From positions 589,009 through 653,008 of the forward strand of contig CAKPBC010000001.1 of assembly GCA_934140155.1 (NCBI GenBank): 64,000 bases of DNA, in the 5' to 3' direction. The notes beneath the pieces were generated by a model. The model was given only the letters and a program-made list of their open reading frames with translations. It had not been told where the DNA came from and made no database searches. Source of the DNA: an uncultured Bacilli bacterium (GTDB lineage: Bacteria; Bacillota_I; Bacilli_A; RFN20; CAG-826). A program made the position numbers and the translations under genes. Below are positions 25,195 through 33,315 of the stretch, one piece after another. Within the stretch, counting starts at the first letter, position 1. The number at the start of each line of letters is the position of its first letter.

Positions 25195-28100
25195 ATGGAA
25201 GATAAAGTATTTGAAAGATTTTTAAAAGGAATGAACATTACTAATATCGAAGACTATGATATGTCTTTTGATTTATGTGAATGGAGCCCAATAAAAATTA
25301 ACAATGAAAAAATATTAACCATGGTAATTAGAAAAGAAATGCCATGGAATTATGACTTATTAAGAAAATTTTTAGGATCATTAAAAAACATTACTACTTA
25401 TAAATATACAATTCAGTATATTTATGATTTTAAACCCAGTGCTGAAGATGTTTATCATTTATTAACGGATTGGTATTTTGCTAATTTCGGCATTGCTTTT
25501 TTAGAAGATTATAAATTCAACGAAGAAAAACTAATAATTCAAGTCGATGATATCCCTTCAATCACTAATAAATTAAAAGGATTTATCGATTTATTAGAAA
25601 TTATTAATTACGATGATGTATTTGAGATAGCAAATAAATCTATTCAAACTGAAGAAACCGTTTTTGAAGAAAAAGAAACAATAGATGACGATGACGAAGA
25701 AGAAATTGATGAAGATGAAGCATATCGTTTAGAAATGGAACGTCGTAATCAAGAACGTTTAGAAGCAATGAAAGACGCTGTTGATAACTACGAACCCTTT
25801 AAAGAAAAGAAAGATAGCAGCGGTGGATTTGGAAAATACAAAAAGTTTTGCATTAGGAACATCGATACTAATTCTGAAAATGTCGATTTTGATGCCAAAG
25901 TATTTTCCTATGAAGAACGCAATACAAAAAAAGGCACAATTATTGCTACATTTGGCGTTGCGGACGCTACAGGAGCAATTCACGTAAAAGTATTTGAAAA
26001 TGCTAAATATTTTACAAAAGAAAAAATTCAAAGTATTAAAATTGGCGCTAATGCTCGAATTCGAGGACATGCTGAATATGATACTTTCGCCAAAGAATTA
26101 AATGTTACTGCGCGTTTTATTGATTTACTTCCTCCTGATGAACCAAGAAAAGATGAAGAGGAAGAAAAACGTGTGGAATTGCATTTACATACTAAAATGT
26201 CCACAATGGATGGCGTTACTAATATTGAAGATTATATTGCTTTAGCTCATTCAATGGGACACAAAGCAATTGCGGTTACAGATCATGGGGTTGTACAAGC
26301 TTTCCCAGCTGCGCAAAATGCAAGTAAAAAATATGGGAATATTAAAATCCTTTATGGTAGTGAACTTTACATGATTGATGATGAAGTTAATGCTATTAGA
26401 AATCCTTGTGATTTAGAACTTAATAAAGCTACTTATGTAGTATTCGACTTTGAAACAACGGGATTATCAGCAAGATATGATGATATTATCGAATTTGGTG
26501 CCGTTAAGTTTGAACAAGGTCGTGTCGTGGATTCTAGAGATATATTTGTTGATATTAATAGACCTCTATCAGAAAAAATTAAAGAATTAACTGGCATTAA
26601 TGATGCCATGATAAAAGGACAAAATTCCTTAGTAGAAGCAATTCACAAAATTCGTGACTTTGTTGGTGATGCGATATTAGTATCTCATAACGCGGACTTC
26701 GATATTGGATTTTTAAATGCTGCTTGTAAAAAAATTAATGAGCCAATATTTATGAATCCAGTTGTAGATACTTTAGCTTTAGCTAGATTTCTATTTCCAG
26801 AATCTCGTAACCATCGTTTAGGAACATTATGTCGTAACATGGATGTTGTTTATGATGAAGATGCTGCCCATAGAGCGGACTACGATGCTAGTGTAACTAA
26901 TGAAGTATGGCAAGCTATGATTGCGGTTTTAACAAAAGAAAATGCCCATTTAACACATAAAGATTTAGCTAATCTTAAAGCAAGTGATGAACATTATAAA
27001 CATCTTAGACCTGTACATGTGGTGGCTTTAGCTAAAAATGCTGCGGGTTTAAAAGATTTATTTAAAATTATTTCATTTTCACATATAAATTATTTTGCTA
27101 ACATACCAAAAGTACCACGCAGTTTGTTGGTTAAATATCGTGAAAATTTATTATTAGGTAGTGCTTGTTTTAATGGTGAAGTATTTGATACCGCTCGTAC
27201 AAGAACAAAAGAAGTATTACAAAAAGTAGTTAGTTTTTATGACTATATTGAGGTACAACCAACAGAAAATTATTCATATTTAATTAATATGGGTGATATT
27301 AAAGATGAAGAAGAATGTCATCAATATGTAAGAGATATAATTGAAGCTGCGGACGCTGCAGGTAAAGTAGTTGTGGCAACAGGAGACGTCCATTATCTTA
27401 ATCCGGAAGATAAAAGGTACCGTGATGTATTTATTTCCGCAAAAGCAATCGGAAATATTAATCACCCATTAATGCCTTATGCTCGTGAAAATATGGATTA
27501 TTTTGAAAATCCAGATCAACATTATCGTACAACAAGAGAAATGCTTGATGCGTTTGAATATTTAGGAAAAGAAAAAGCAAAAGAAATAGTTGTAACAAAT
27601 ACAAATAAAATTGTGGATATGATTGATGTATTAGAACCAATTAAATCTAAACTTTATACTCCAACTATTGAAAACTGTGAAAACTTGTTAAAAGATTTAT
27701 GCTATTCTAATGCTCATAAAAAATATGGTGATCCATTACCACCAATTGTGGCTGAACGTCTAGAAAAAGAACTTAATGGTATTATTAATAACGGATATTC
27801 GGTTATTTATTATATTGCTCATAAAATTATTCATAAGGCTAATGAAGATGGCTACATGGTTGGTTCAAGAGGATCAGTCGGTTCATCATTCGTTGCCACC
27901 ATGGCGGATATTACAGAAGTTAATGCTTTGCCTCCTCATTATCTATGTCCAAACTGTAAACATAGTGAATTTGAAGGTATTCCTCAAGTATCATCAGGAT
28001 TTGATTTACCAGAAAAAGATTGTCCAATATGTGGACATAAGATGATTCATGATGGACAAAATATTCCATTTGCTACATTCTTAGGATTTAACGCTGATAA

Positions 28101-29568
28101 AGTTCCAGATATTGACTTAAACTTCCCAGGCGACTATCAACCAATCGCACACCTTTACACTAAAGAATTATTAGGTGCGGGAAATGTCTTTAAAGCTGGT
28201 ACTATTGAAACTGTTGCGGAGAAAAACGCTTATGGTTACGCTAAAGGATATTTTGAAAGAGTCGGACCTAAAATTGGAAAAAGCCTCGATAAAATATCTA
28301 AAGCAGAAATTGAATACTTAGCAAAAGGATGTACGGGTGTTAAAAGAACAACTGGTCAACATCCAGGCGGTATTGTTGTTATTCCAAAAGATTATGAAGT
28401 TTATGATTTTACTCCAATTCAATATCCTGCTGATGATAAAGAAGCCGCTTGGAAAACAACACACTTTGATTTCCACGCTATTCACGATAACGTTTTAAAA
28501 CTGGATTTATTAGGCCACGTTGATCCAATGGCACTTAAGATGATGGCGGATACAACGGGAATTGATGTCAAAACTATTCCTTTAAATGATCCAGAAACGT
28601 TATCAATATTCTCTAGTGATGTGGCTTTAAAAAGACACTCAAATTATTTACATGAAACTACTGGTGCTTTAGGTATTCCAGAGTTTGGTACTAATATGGG
28701 ACGTCAAATGTTAAAAGAAACATCACCTAAATTATTCTCGGATTTATTAATTCTTTCTGGCTTATCACATGGTACTGGTGTTTGGGCGGGAAATGCGGAA
28801 GAATTAATTCGTAATGGTACTTGTACTTTACGTGAAGTTATCGGATGTCGTGATGATATTATGACTTATTTATCCGCGAAAGGTGTTCCGCCTTTAACAT
28901 CGTTTAAAATCATGGAAGATGTTCGTAAAGGTAAAAAAGTAAAACCAGAATATGAGCAAATAATGCGTGAAAATAATGTACCAGATTATTACATTGATTC
29001 ATGTAATAAGATTCAATACATGTTTCCTAAAGCTCACGCAACAGCATATGTTATGATGGCTATTCGTGTAGGTTGGTTTAAAGTACATATGCCATTATAT
29101 TACTACGCTACATTCTTAACTGTTCGTTCAAAGCAATTTGAACTTGAAACTATGATTAGTGGTGAAAAAGCAATCATTAAACGTTTAGAAGAAATTAAAG
29201 CAAAAGGCTTTGATGCTTCCGCAAAAGAAGTAGATATTGAAAAAACACTGACAATTTGCTTAGAGATGGCAGAAAGAGGATTCTCATTCTCTAATATTGA
29301 TTTATATAAATCAGATGCTTCTAGATTCTTAGTAGATGAAAAGAATAAATGTTTAATTCCACCATTTATTGCTATTGATGGACTTGGAGAAGCCGCGGCG
29401 GTTTCAGTAATTGAAGCAAGAAAAAACGGCGAATTCTTATCAAAAGAAGACTTGCTTGCTAAAACAAAATTATCACAAACTCACGTGGCAAAATTATCTG
29501 AACTACATGCTTTAGATAATTTAGCTGAAACAAATCAAATGGATTTATTTTCGTTTTTTAACATTTGA
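25195..29568 (+). CDS. polC: PolC-type DNA polymerase III alpha subunit (with internal DEDDh proofreading exonuclease)
   Basis: 1457 aa. PHP domain (VELHLHTKMSTMDG), exonuclease (YVVFDFETTGL, VSHNADFDIGFL, HRADYDA), zinc finger CPNCKHSEF...CPICGH, palm PDIDLNF. Confidence 0.97.
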   Translation: MEDKVFERFLKGMNITNIEDYDMSFDLCEWSPIKINNEKILTMVIRKEMPWNYDLLRKFLGSLKNITTYKYTIQYIYDFKPSAEDVYHLLTDWYFANFGIAFLEDYKFNEEKLIIQVDDIPSITNKLKGFIDLLEIINYDDVFEIANKSIQTEETVFEEKETIDDDDEEEIDEDEAYRLEMERRNQERLEAMKDAVDNYEPFKEKKDSSGGFGKYKKFCIRNIDTNSENVDFDAKVFSYEERNTKKGTIIATFGVADATGAIHVKVFENAKYFTKEKIQSIKIGANARIRGHAEYDTFAKELNVTARFIDLLPPDEPRKDEEEEKRVELHLHTKMSTMDGVTNIEDYIALAHSMGHKAIAVTDHGVVQAFPAAQNASKKYGNIKILYGSELYMIDDEVNAIRNPCDLELNKATYVVFDFETTGLSARYDDIIEFGAVKFEQGRVVDSRDIFVDINRPLSEKIKELTGINDAMIKGQNSLVEAIHKIRDFVGDAILVSHNADFDIGFLNAACKKINEPIFMNPVVDTLALARFLFPESRNHRLGTLCRNMDVVYDEDAAHRADYDASVTNEVWQAMIAVLTKENAHLTHKDLANLKASDEHYKHLRPVHVVALAKNAAGLKDLFKIISFSHINYFANIPKVPRSLLVKYRENLLLGSACFNGEVFDTARTRTKEVLQKVVSFYDYIEVQPTENYSYLINMGDIKDEEECHQYVRDIIEAADAAGKVVVATGDVHYLNPEDKRYRDVFISAKAIGNINHPLMPYARENMDYFENPDQHYRTTREMLDAFEYLGKEKAKEIVVTNTNKIVDMIDVLEPIKSKLYTPTIENCENLLKDLCYSNAHKKYGDPLPPIVAERLEKELNGIINNGYSVIYYIAHKIIHKANEDGYMVGSRGSVGSSFVATMADITEVNALPPHYLCPNCKHSEFEGIPQVSSGFDLPEKDCPICGHKMIHDGQNIPFATFLGFNADKVPDIDLNFPGDYQPIAHLYTKELLGAGNVFKAGTIETVAEKNAYGYAKGYFERVGPKIGKSLDKISKAEIEYLAKGCTGVKRTTGQHPGGIVVIPKDYEVYDFTPIQYPADDKEAAWKTTHFDFHAIHDNVLKLDLLGHVDPMALKMMADTTGIDVKTIPLNDPETLSIFSSDVALKRHSNYLHETTGALGIPEFGTNMGRQMLKETSPKLFSDLLILSGLSHGTGVWAGNAEELIRNGTCTLREVIGCRDDIMTYLSAKGVPPLTSFKIMEDVRKGKKVKPEYEQIMRENNVPDYYIDSCNKIQYMFPKAHATAYVMMAIRVGWFKVHMPLYYYATFLTVRSKQFELETMISGEKAIIKRLEEIKAKGFDASAKEVDIEKTLTICLEMAERGFSFSNIDLYKSDASRFLVDEKNKCLIPPFIAIDGLGEAAAVSVIEARKNGEFLSKEDLLAKTKLSQTHVAKLSELHALDNLAETNQMDLFSFFNI

Positions 29569-29577
29569 TATATAATA

Positions 29578-29599
29578 TAAAAGGCCTTGAGCCTTTTTA
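29578..29599 (+). terminator. hairpin/terminator after polC, abutting the tRNA
   Basis: AAAAGGC / GCCTTTT stem, 5-nt loop, T-run. Ends 1-2 nt before the tRNA 5' end. Confidence 0.5.
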
Positions 29600-29600
29600 T

Positions 29601-29676
29601 CGGGACGTAGCACAATTGGTAGTGCGCTTGCTTCGGGAGCAAGAGGTCGTGCGTTCGATTCGCATCGTCCCGACCA
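29601..29676 (+). tRNA. tRNA-Pro (anticodon CGG), CCA encoded
   Basis: Hand-folded cloverleaf. Acceptor CGGGACG/CGTCCCG; D arm GCAC-AATTGGTA-GTGC; anticodon arm CTTGC-TTCGGGA-GCAAG (CGG); variable AGGTC; T arm GTGCG-TTCGATT-CGCAT; discriminator A + CCA. 76 nt. Confidence 0.9.
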
Positions 29677-29689
29677 TTTAGATTGAATT

Positions 29690-29722
29690 AGTTCGATTCC
29701 TATACTTGGTTCGAACTTTTTT
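29690..29722 (+). terminator. rho-independent terminator after tRNA-Pro (homologous to the hairpin at 20977-21020)
   Basis: AGTTCGA-TT-CC ... GG-TT-CGAACT stem followed by T6. Confidence 0.55.
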
Positions 29723-29793
29723 ATTGCTCATATTTATTGCTCACTTTTATTGATTTATTGCTCACTTTTTGATATTATAAAGGTGAGCAATAA
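29721..29793 (+). promoter_or_regulatory. promoter with array of TTATTGCTCA(C) boxes (3 direct + 1 inverted), a putative autoregulatory operator
   Basis: Boxes at 29721-29730, 29734-29744 and 29755-29765 (direct) and 29783-29793 (inverted, GTGAGCAATAA). Putative -35 TTGATT (29750-29755), 17-nt spacer, -10 TATTAT (29773-29778). Box 3 lies in the spacer; the inverted box lies between -10 and the RBS. Confidence 0.45.
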
Positions 29794-29806
29794 AGGAGAT
29801 ACTCTT

Positions 29807-31207
29807 ATGGATATAGAATTTTTTAAAGAACTTATTCAGTATGAATATGAAAAAGAATGGATTGAGTTTAAAGAAAATTGGTATAACAGAGAAGAAATAG
29901 GAGAGTACATTTCGGCGTTATCGAATGTTGCAACTATTTGTGGTGTACCATACTCTTATATGATATGGGGCATAAAAGATAAAACGCATGAAGTAATAGG
30001 AACATCATTTAATTTTGATAAAGAAGAAAAAGGTGAGTCTTTAAAACATTACCTATCTAGAAACTTAACGCCTTCTATTTTATATACTTTTGAAGAACTT
30101 GAATATTTAGAAAAAAGAGTTGTTATTTTAACAATATCAGCAGCCAAATTGGTTCCAACAGAGTTTAATAAAGAAAGATTTATAAGAATAGGATCTAGTA
30201 AAGAACAATTAAGAAAATTCCCTATTATTGAAGCATCATTATGGGAAAAACTTAGAAAAGTTAATGATTCCATTTTAAATCACGAAGCTCCAAGACAAGA
30301 TTTAACTTTTAATAAACTTCTCCTTTATTACATGACAAAAGACTTACCTTTAAAAACAAATACTTTTAAAGAAGATTTATTCTTTTATGTACCTAATACT
30401 AAAAAATATAATCTCTTAGCGTATTTAATGGCAGATAAGAATAATGTAATTATGCGAGTATCTGTCTTTGAAGGAACAAAGAAGTCAGATAACCTTTATT
30501 CAATTAAAGAATTTGGAAATCAATGCATAATTTATACAATCGATCAAGTCCTTGAATACTGTAATATCATTAATGTGATGCAAAATGATGAATCTAATAG
30601 AGTTGTAGAAAGAAAAGAAATTCCTCTTTTTGATTCTAAAGCTTTAAGAGAAGCAATTCTTAATGCATTTATTCATAATGATTGGTTAGACTTAAATGCT
30701 CCGATGGTTTCTGTTTTTAATGATAGAATTGATATATTATCATATGGAACACTTCCTAATGGGCAGACTATTGAAGGATTTTATGCCGGAAAAAGTAAGC
30801 CGAGATGTAGGGAACTTTCTGATATATTCTTGCAATTAAGAATTAGTGAAAGATCTGGCCGAGGTGTTAATAAAATAGTGGATGTTTATGGCAAAGATGC
30901 ATTTACTTTCGGACAAGATTATATAAAAGTGTCGATTAAATACAACCGCCTTCTTGCTCACAAATCAAAAAAACGTGAGCAAGAAAGTGAGCAAGAAAAA
31001 AATAAAAAAATAAGTAAACCTCAGTTAAATATGAATAGAATTGTTTCCGAAATGCGAAATAATCCTAGTGTTACTACGATAGAATTAATAAATATTTTAG
31101 GATTAAAAAAGACATCAATTCAAAAATATATTCGTATATTACAAGAAAACGGAGTAGTTAAACGTGTTGGTGCAAATAAAAACGGATATTGGGATGTTTT
31201 AAAATAA
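29807..31207 (+). CDS. AlbA_2 (Schlafen-type) domain / HATPase_c_4 / C-terminal winged-HTH protein ('RecG-like ATP-binding transcriptional regulator' family)
   Basis: 466 aa from ATG 29807 (AAAGGAG RBS). N-terminal E.EWIEFKENW AlbA_2 signature, ISERSGRGVNKI HATPase_c_4-type motif, C-terminal TTIELINILGLKKTSIQKYIRILQENGVVKRVG wHTH. Confidence 0.75.
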   Translation: MDIEFFKELIQYEYEKEWIEFKENWYNREEIGEYISALSNVATICGVPYSYMIWGIKDKTHEVIGTSFNFDKEEKGESLKHYLSRNLTPSILYTFEELEYLEKRVVILTISAAKLVPTEFNKERFIRIGSSKEQLRKFPIIEASLWEKLRKVNDSILNHEAPRQDLTFNKLLLYYMTKDLPLKTNTFKEDLFFYVPNTKKYNLLAYLMADKNNVIMRVSVFEGTKKSDNLYSIKEFGNQCIIYTIDQVLEYCNIINVMQNDESNRVVERKEIPLFDSKALREAILNAFIHNDWLDLNAPMVSVFNDRIDILSYGTLPNGQTIEGFYAGKSKPRCRELSDIFLQLRISERSGRGVNKIVDVYGKDAFTFGQDYIKVSIKYNRLLAHKSKKREQESEQEKNKKISKPQLNMNRIVSEMRNNPSVTTIELINILGLKKTSIQKYIRILQENGVVKRVGANKNGYWDVLK

Positions 31208-31256
31208 AAAATAGGAGAGATAAGAAAAGGGAAAAAATTGAATATGAGAATTATAA
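31166..31256 (+). repeat. copy 1 of a segmental duplication (regulator 3' end + RBS + first codons of a membrane-protein gene; the start codon is mutated here)
   Basis: Near-identical to 31580-31684 except for a few substitutions (including ATG to AGG at the membrane-gene start) and a 15-nt in-frame deletion. Confidence 0.8.
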
Positions 31257-31357
31257 TGACTCATGAATCGCATTTTAGAAAACGGACAAAAAAATGGAAA
31301 AATTCTAAAAATTATTTAGGCTCTTTAATTTTTTTGGCCTTAAGTGTTAATAATTAA

Positions 31358-31621
31358 AATGATTTTACACTTGAATTCTCTAGAATAGATAGAAATAAAG
31401 CTGGCGAAATAAATGGCGAAATAAATGGCGAAATATCAGAAGAAGAATTCTCTGTTTTAAGTGTTTTTAAAACTAATAAAAATGCGACAAAAGATGAAGT
31501 TATCAAACAAACCGGTATTTCAAGTAGAACAATTGATAGAATTATTAAATCGTTGAAAGAAAAAGAATTGCTGAAAAGGGTTGGTGCAAATAAAAACGGC
31601 TATTGGAATGTTTTAAAATAA
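31358..31621 (+). pseudogene. 3' fragment (last ~87 codons) of a second AlbA_2/HATPase_c_4/wHTH regulator paralog
   Basis: Open frame without a start codon: NDFTLEFSRIDRNKAGEINGEINGEISEEEFSVLSVFKTNKNATKDEVIKQTGISSRTIDRIIKSLKEKELLKRVGANKNGYWNVLK. It aligns with the C-terminus of the 29807-31207 product. Confidence 0.65.
31403..31435 (+). repeat. 12-nt tandem repeat GGCGAAATAAAT x2.75 (encodes GEIN-GEIN-GEI linker)
   Basis: Directly visible. Analogous 12-nt duplications occur at 30974-30997 (xGTGAGCAAGAA x2) and 50721-50744 (GACCAAATAAAT x2) in the two paralogs. Confidence 0.9.
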
Positions 31622-31684
31622 AAAATAGGAGAGATAAGAAAATGGAAAAAATAATAAAACAAACAATTGAATATGAAAATTATA
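31580..31684 (+). repeat. copy 2 of the segmental duplication (intact version, leads into the 31642 CDS)
   Basis: See 31166-31256. The offset between copies is 414 bp. Confidence 0.8.
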
Positions 31685-32103
31685 AACAAAGCTTTTTTAT
31701 AATGATTGGAATGTTTTGTGTTTTAACTATATTATTTACTATACCTTTTTTGACTTTATATTTTACTAAATCTGATAATAGATATTTGATTGCTTTTATA
31801 GTGTTTATGGCACTTAATATTATAATTTGTTTACCATTCATAATATACAATATATATCGCATGCATTTTATTACGCAAATGGGAAAGAAAATGAAGATAA
31901 CTGAAGTGGAACTAAATAATTCAAATTCAGGAGTTTATGGATTAATGCGCTTTTATATTAATATTCCTAATTCTAATGGGAAAATTAAAGAAAAGAAAAG
32001 TTTATGTACAATGCGTGGAAGTCTTTTTAATCGGTATCAAAATAAAAAAGTAAAAATTTGTTATTTAGATAATTATGAATATTTCTTTATTGTCAAAGAA
32101 TAA
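31642..32103 (+). CDS. two-TM membrane protein with C-terminal soluble domain, function unknown
   Basis: 153 aa from ATG 31642 (AGGAGAG RBS). The ORF-track start at 31603 reads through the pseudogene stop region. Confidence 0.6.
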   Translation: MEKIIKQTIEYENYKQSFFIMIGMFCVLTILFTIPFLTLYFTKSDNRYLIAFIVFMALNIIICLPFIIYNIYRMHFITQMGKKMKITEVELNNSNSGVYGLMRFYINIPNSNGKIKEKKSLCTMRGSLFNRYQNKKVKICYLDNYEYFFIVKE

Positions 32104-32208
32104 ATATAACATCATTATTTAGGTGTAAGTCTCTAATGAAAATTGGAGATTTTTTGATGACACTTTAAAATATGTACAATGTTCAAAAATATGTTGACAA
32201 AAATCGTC

Positions 32209-32219
32209 GGGGGGGGGGG
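32209..32219 (+). repeat. G11 homopolymer (candidate slipped-strand contingency tract)
   Basis: 11 consecutive G in a strongly AT-rich sequence. Lies between TTGACA (32194-32199) and TATGAT (32220-32225), 29 nt upstream of the ATG at 32248. Confidence 0.9.
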
Positions 32220-32247
32220 TATGATATATGAGAAAAGAGGTTTTTAT

Positions 32248-32784
32248 ATGAAAAAAGAAAAAAGTTTAAAGGCACTAAGCATTAAGGCTGTAGTCTTTAG
32301 TGCAATTGTTGCGGCTTTCGCGTTGTTTTGTGATCCGCTAAGTCTAACATTTAACATTTTTAGAGGAGATAAAGTAATATTTAACTTTTTTACAATTGCA
32401 GTGCCAAGATATGACTATGCGCCAGAAGATATTGCATTACTATATTATGGGGCAAATGTCATTATCGTTTTACTAGTTGTTGCTACACTTGTTTTAAGTA
32501 TTTTAGCTTTATTAAATCAAAAAGGTAAGATGGTAAATGCCACTAACGGAATTACTAAAGCATTAAAAATTGTTTCAAAACTTGCATTTGGTTTAGGCGC
32601 TTTCCTTGCTAACATTGTTAATGTTGCTTTAGGTTTTATTACTTGTGGTGGAAATGGTGTTGTTACCCTTATTATTTATTTCGTTATTCTTATTTTAGCA
32701 TCAATTATGAATACAACATGTAAGAATTACGCAAATAGAATTCTTCCAGCTAAACAAAATAAAGCAGTTGCTGAAAATAAATAA
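32248..32784 (+). CDS. polytopic membrane protein (about 4 TM), function unknown
   Basis: 178 aa from ATG 32248 (AAGAGG RBS). The ORF-track start at 32179 would add 23 aa, including GGGG encoded by the G-tract. Confidence 0.6.
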   Translation: MKKEKSLKALSIKAVVFSAIVAAFALFCDPLSLTFNIFRGDKVIFNFFTIAVPRYDYAPEDIALLYYGANVIIVLLVVATLVLSILALLNQKGKMVNATNGITKALKIVSKLAFGLGAFLANIVNVALGFITCGGNGVVTLIIYFVILILASIMNTTCKNYANRILPAKQNKAVAENK

Positions 32785-32818
32785 TTAAAAAATAAGTTGA
32801 TAGAAAGAGGAAAAAACT

Positions 32819-33256
32819 ATGAAAAACAAATTTTTTATTGCCGTTGCTATGATGGCTTGTGCTTTACCATTAGTTTCTTGTGGTAATTCAAATGGAAAAC
32901 AATACTATGAAACTGCAATTAAGCATGTTAAAAATGATTTATTGGAGCGTTCTAAATCGTGGGACTTCCAATATTCTAATGCTGAAGTTTGTGAACAAAC
33001 TTTTAAAAGCGGAAATAAGACTATTGCTGTAGAATTCGATTATATTATTAAATATGAGGATATAAGTTTTGATTCAAAAAAAGAATTTGAAGGTACTTGT
33101 TATTTCATCATGTCTGATTATGATAAGACCACAAAAACTTTCAATAGTGTAAAATGCTCACAATGTTCTTATTATTTGACAAATGGTGATGACGGACTTA
33201 GATATACATATGCTTCTACAAAGGCATACGGGAAAGTAATTTATACACAAGATTAA
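32819..33256 (+). CDS. small lipoprotein, function unknown
   Basis: Signal peptide with lipobox LPLVS-C (MKNKFFIAVAMMACALPLVSCGNS). AGAGGA RBS. Confidence 0.7.
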   Translation: MKNKFFIAVAMMACALPLVSCGNSNGKQYYETAIKHVKNDLLERSKSWDFQYSNAEVCEQTFKSGNKTIAVEFDYIIKYEDISFDSKKEFEGTCYFIMSDYDKTTKTFNSVKCSQCSYYLTNGDDGLRYTYASTKAYGKVIYTQD

Positions 33257-33283
33257 TAATTAGAATTTTTTATTAGTAATTAT

Positions 33284-33315
33284 GCTTTCAAGATTGATTG
33301 CTTGAAGGCTTTTTT
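33284..33315 (+). terminator. rho-independent terminator
   Basis: GCTTTCAAG / CTTGAAGGC 9-bp stem (one G-U), 8-nt loop, T6. Confidence 0.6.

Noticed and set aside
25759-26070. Overlapping 103-aa minus-strand and 68-aa plus-strand ORFs inside polC, plus 27280-27640 and 27776-28045.
   Set aside because: All are embedded in the continuous, motif-rich 1457-aa PolC frame and are shadow ORFs.
29681-29722. AGTTCGATTCC after tRNA-Pro looks like a T-arm, so I considered a duplicated tRNA 3' end (att site of an integrated element).
   Set aside because: It cannot be folded into a T-arm/acceptor structure and does not match the 3' part of the adjacent tRNA-Pro beyond TTCGATTC. It folds instead as a terminator hairpin.
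29721-29793. Checked whether the TTATTGCTCAC repeats could be a degenerate CRISPR array or mini-array.
   Set aside because: The repeat unit is only 10-11 bp, spacers are 2-17 bp and one copy is inverted. No cas genes are present. The layout fits an operator, not CRISPR.
32179-32247. N-terminal extension of the 32248 membrane protein through the G-tract (MFKNMLTKIVGGGGMIYEKRGFY).
   Set aside because: There is no RBS before 32179 or 32191, whereas AAGAGG precedes 32248. I keep it only as an alternative mechanism in the poly-G finding.
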